NCBI RefSeq assembly: GCF_001941625.1
Contig: NZ_CP016076.1
Location: 4,210,249-4,242,248, forward strand
Source of the DNA: Actinoalloteichus fjordicus
GTDB lineage: Bacteria > Actinomycetota > Actinomycetes > Mycobacteriales > Pseudonocardiaceae
DNA length: 32,000 nt
Direction of reading: 5' to 3'
The position numbers and the translations under genes are program-made. A model generated the notes under the pieces. That model worked only from the letters and a program-made list of their open reading frames with translations. It did not search any database and was not told the origin of the DNA. The first letter of the stretch is position 1; the number at the start of each line of letters is the position of its first letter. Of the stretch, positions 29,599-32,000 are shown piece by piece.

Positions 29599-30246
29599 TC
29601 AGCCCGCCAGGTGCCTGCGGAACCAGTCGGCCGCCAACCGCGCCACCTCGTCCATGGCGCCGTCCTCCTCGAACAGATGACCGGCGTCGGCGACGACCTC
29701 GATGCGATGGGGGGCGGAGAGTTCCGCCGAGGCCTGCCGGTTGAGCGTGAGCACCTGTTCGTCGCGACCGCCGACGATCAGCAACGTGGGGGCGCGCACC
29801 TCGCGCAAGGCCGCCAGGCCTGCGAGGTCGGGACGGCCGCCCCTGGACACCACGGCCCGGACCTCGGAGAGCCCGGCGGCAGCCACCAGCGCCGCAGCCG
29901 CTCCCGTGCTCGCACCGAAGAGCCCGAGGGGCAGCCTGTTCGTCGAGTCGGCGCGAATCCAGGCCGCCGCGTCGGCGACCCGCTCGGCCAACAACGGGAT
30001 GTCGAAGCGCAGCTCGCCGGTCCGCTCGTCGCGCAGTGCCTCCTCCTCCGTCAGCAGATCGAGGCGCAGGGTGGCCAGCCGCCGATCGTGCAGCACGCCG
30101 GCCACCGCACGATTACGCGGACTGTGCCGCGAGCTGCCTGAACCGTGGGCGAACACGACGATCCCCTGCGCGCCCTCTCCGACGGTCAGATCGCCTGCCA
30201 GGGTGCCTGCGGATGTGGAGATGGACACCGGCACCGATACCGCCAT
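29599..30246 (-). CDS. Dienelactone-hydrolase-like alpha/beta hydrolase
   Basis: MAVSVPVSISTSAGTLAGDLTVGEGAQGIVVFAHGSGSSRHSPRNRAVAGVLHDRRLATLRLDLLTEEE...LGLFGASTGAAAALVAAA...PTLLIVGGRDEQVLTLNRQA...ADAGHLFEEDGAMDEVARLAADWFRRHL. Confidence 0.9.
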   Translation of the reverse strand: MAVSVPVSISTSAGTLAGDLTVGEGAQGIVVFAHGSGSSRHSPRNRAVAGVLHDRRLATLRLDLLTEEEALRDERTGELRFDIPLLAERVADAAAWIRADSTNRLPLGLFGASTGAAAALVAAAGLSEVRAVVSRGGRPDLAGLAALREVRAPTLLIVGGRDEQVLTLNRQASAELSAPHRIEVVADAGHLFEEDGAMDEVARLAADWFRRHLAG

Positions 30247-30456
30247 CGACCTCGCCTCCTCTCCTCATCGAACGAGCTGCCGCCTCGTCCCGACGCCGGA
30301 CCGGTGGACCGAGCCGGGTGCGGCCCTCCCCGTGCCTGTTGGGTTTCCGCCTGCCGCCGAGGGCAAACGTGCCTACGCGATCACCTGCCCGCGACGTGGC
30401 CGCTCGATCGGGCGGCGATGCGCGGCCCGATCCCGTGGCAGGCCGCCCGTATCTCA

Positions 30457-30618
30457 GAGCCTGTTCTTGATCCCCCTGGAGTCGTGAGCGGGGATCAGCG
30501 TGGCTGAGCTGCCAGGCGGAGGAAAAAGACATGACGGAGTCATGTCGACTGACGACAACGCCGCAGATCGCCGCTGTCTGCCCCGCGCAACTGGAAAGTG
30601 GGGATCAAAAACAGGCTC
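30457..30618. mobile_element. MITE-like or internally deleted IS element, 162 bp
   Basis: Left end GAGCCTGTTCTTGATCCCC (30457-30475) and right end GGGGATCAAAAACAGGCTC (30600-30618) are inverted repeats matching 18/19. Both are flanked by TCA (30454-30456 and 30619-30621), a possible target duplication. Interior too short for a transposase. Confidence 0.6.
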
Positions 30619-30924
30619 TCAGGCTGTTCGCCGCCGAACCGCCCCGAGACACCGGCTCCGCAGGCAGGCAGGAGGAGTCCGGCGGTGTCCGACGGCGTGC
30701 ATCGCCCGCCCGCCGAGTGAGCCACCGCGCCGGCTCGGATGCTCGCCCACCATGATCCGGCGCAGGGCTCGGGCATCGTCGAGGACCGACTCAGGGGCCC
30801 TGCCGCCGCCACGACGGCGTGCCCGGTCGAGCGTCGATGCCAGGGGACGTGTCGAGGCGCGCAGCTCGGATCATGAACTGAGCGTAGCGACGATTCCGGA
30901 TTCGCCCGGCCTGGTCGTCGATGT

Positions 30925-30964
30925 TCATGACACCTGTCAGACGGATTGATGACAGCTGTCATGA
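30925..30964. promoter_or_regulatory. Operator-like pair of palindromic boxes
   Basis: TGACACCTGTCA (30928-30939) and the perfect palindrome TGACAGCTGTCA (30950-30961) are exactly 22 bp apart. Together they form 15-bp inverted arms TCATGACACCTGTCA / TGACAGCTGTCATGA with a 10-bp spacer. Confidence 0.5.
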
Positions 30965-31228
30965 AGAAGTCATGACACTTGCCACTACCACGCACGACCC
31001 GTGCCGGACAGGATCGACGGCATGCCTTCGCAGACCACGTTCCCGTCCGCCTCCAGGCAGGCCCGGCACCGGTCCGTCGACTACCGTCCGCTACCACACC
31101 GTCCCAGGCACGTCGGCGCGGCCGCGTCCCCGAATCGGGGGCGCCGAATCGCCCGCAGCCTTCTGCGGCTGCTCCGCCGAGGGCGTCTCCGGCATCCGCC
31201 CGATCCACGACGCCGGGTGGGGCGGCTG

Positions 31229-31780
31229 TCAGGCGTCCTCGCCGGTCTCCTCGGCCTGCCGTTCCAGCACACCGCGAAGGAAGGAGGCCTGGCCGGCATG
31301 TTGCAGATCGTCGGCCACCACGCTCACCAGCCTGGTGCACAGCGTCACCGGCGGGTCCCAGGTGTCATCGACGATCCGGTCGAAGTCCTCATCGGCAAGG
31401 CCTGCCAGGTACCGCGTGGTCATCGCATGGACCGCGTCGTGGTACCCGGTCAACAGATCCGGCGAATCGACGCAGACGACCCCGACCTCTCGTCCGGTCT
31501 GTCCGTATCCGGTGTCCGTCGGGCCGAACGGCAGGCCGAACCGGTCGAACCAGCCCTCGTCCGTCCAGACCTGTTCGACGCCCGCGAGTTCCGCCACGTG
31601 GTCGTCCTGCACGCGCGTCAGGTGCCACAACAGCCAGGAGATCGAGTTCGATTCACTGTCCAGCCGAGCCGAGAGCTGATCGGCGCTCAGCCCGGCTACG
31701 TTCTCCGCGACCAGATCGCGGATCCGGTCGAAGGCATCGGTCAACAGACGGGCGCTTCTCTCCGAGGTCACCCACCTCAC
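31229..31780 (-). CDS. DinB-family (DUF664-like) protein
   Basis: LLTDAFDRIRDLVAENVAGLSADQLSARLDSESNSISWLLWHLTRVQDDHVAELAGVEQVWTDEGWFDRFGLPFGPTDTGYG...VVADDLQHAGQASFLRGVLERQ, with metal-ligand-type His positions (WHLTRVQDDH and DDLQHAGQ). Confidence 0.9.
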   Translation of the reverse strand: MRWVTSERSARLLTDAFDRIRDLVAENVAGLSADQLSARLDSESNSISWLLWHLTRVQDDHVAELAGVEQVWTDEGWFDRFGLPFGPTDTGYGQTGREVGVVCVDSPDLLTGYHDAVHAMTTRYLAGLADEDFDRIVDDTWDPPVTLCTRLVSVVADDLQHAGQASFLRGVLERQAEETGEDA

Positions 31781-32000
31781 GCTAGGAGACTTCGACAGAG
31801 GCGTCCCCGTGAACCAGTCGCAACAGCCCGTTCAGGGGTCACCGGGCGCAGCGGTGTGACGACGACGCAGCCGGCAACCGGGCCTCGGCCTCGCCCCTGG
31901 TGTCCCGCCCTCGCGCGCTGCCGCTGTTCGACTGCACGTGCACCTCCGACCAGCGCGGGCGCCCGGCCGTAGCGGCAGCCGGCGGCGATGTCGTCCGTCA

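Noticed and set aside
1-32000. CRISPR arrays, tRNA, rRNA, tmRNA
   Set aside because: No regularly spaced direct repeats or recognisable structural RNA sequences were seen by eye.

Overview
GC-rich actinomycete chromosomal window. Its centre, about 8.86-23.9 kb on the minus strand, is a compact co-directional biosynthetic operon that I read as a polycyclic tetramate macrolactam (PTM) cluster. Genes in transcription order: (1) a membrane fatty-acid-hydroxylase/sterol-desaturase-type protein, (2) a roughly 3167-aa single-module iterative PKS-NRPS (KS-AT-DH-KR-ACP-C-A-T-TE) whose adenylation pocket reads DVGELVSID+K (ornithine-like), (3 and 4) two phytoene-desaturase-like FAD oxidoreductases, (5) an MDR alcohol dehydrogenase. 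No P450 is adjacent. The family is known (HSAF, frontalamide, ikarugamycin); the exact product cannot be read from sequence. Flanks contain a truncated GH78 alpha-L-rhamnosidase at the window edge, a SARP (BTAD/NB-ARC) regulator with several frameshifts, a SHOCT-domain membrane protein, a siderophore-interacting flavoprotein behind tandem iron-box-like sites, and a frameshifted PNPOx-family gene. Further right are an alpha/beta hydrolase whose nucleophile serine appears to be glycine (GFGMG), an NmrA-like SDR, a secreted tachylectin-like protein, a dienelactone-hydrolase-like protein and a DinB-family protein. Two short noncoding structures stand out: a 162-bp MITE-like element with 18/19-matching inverted ends and TCA duplications, and a pair of 12-bp palindromic operator-like boxes spaced 22 bp apart. 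No CRISPR array, tRNA or rRNA was recognised.
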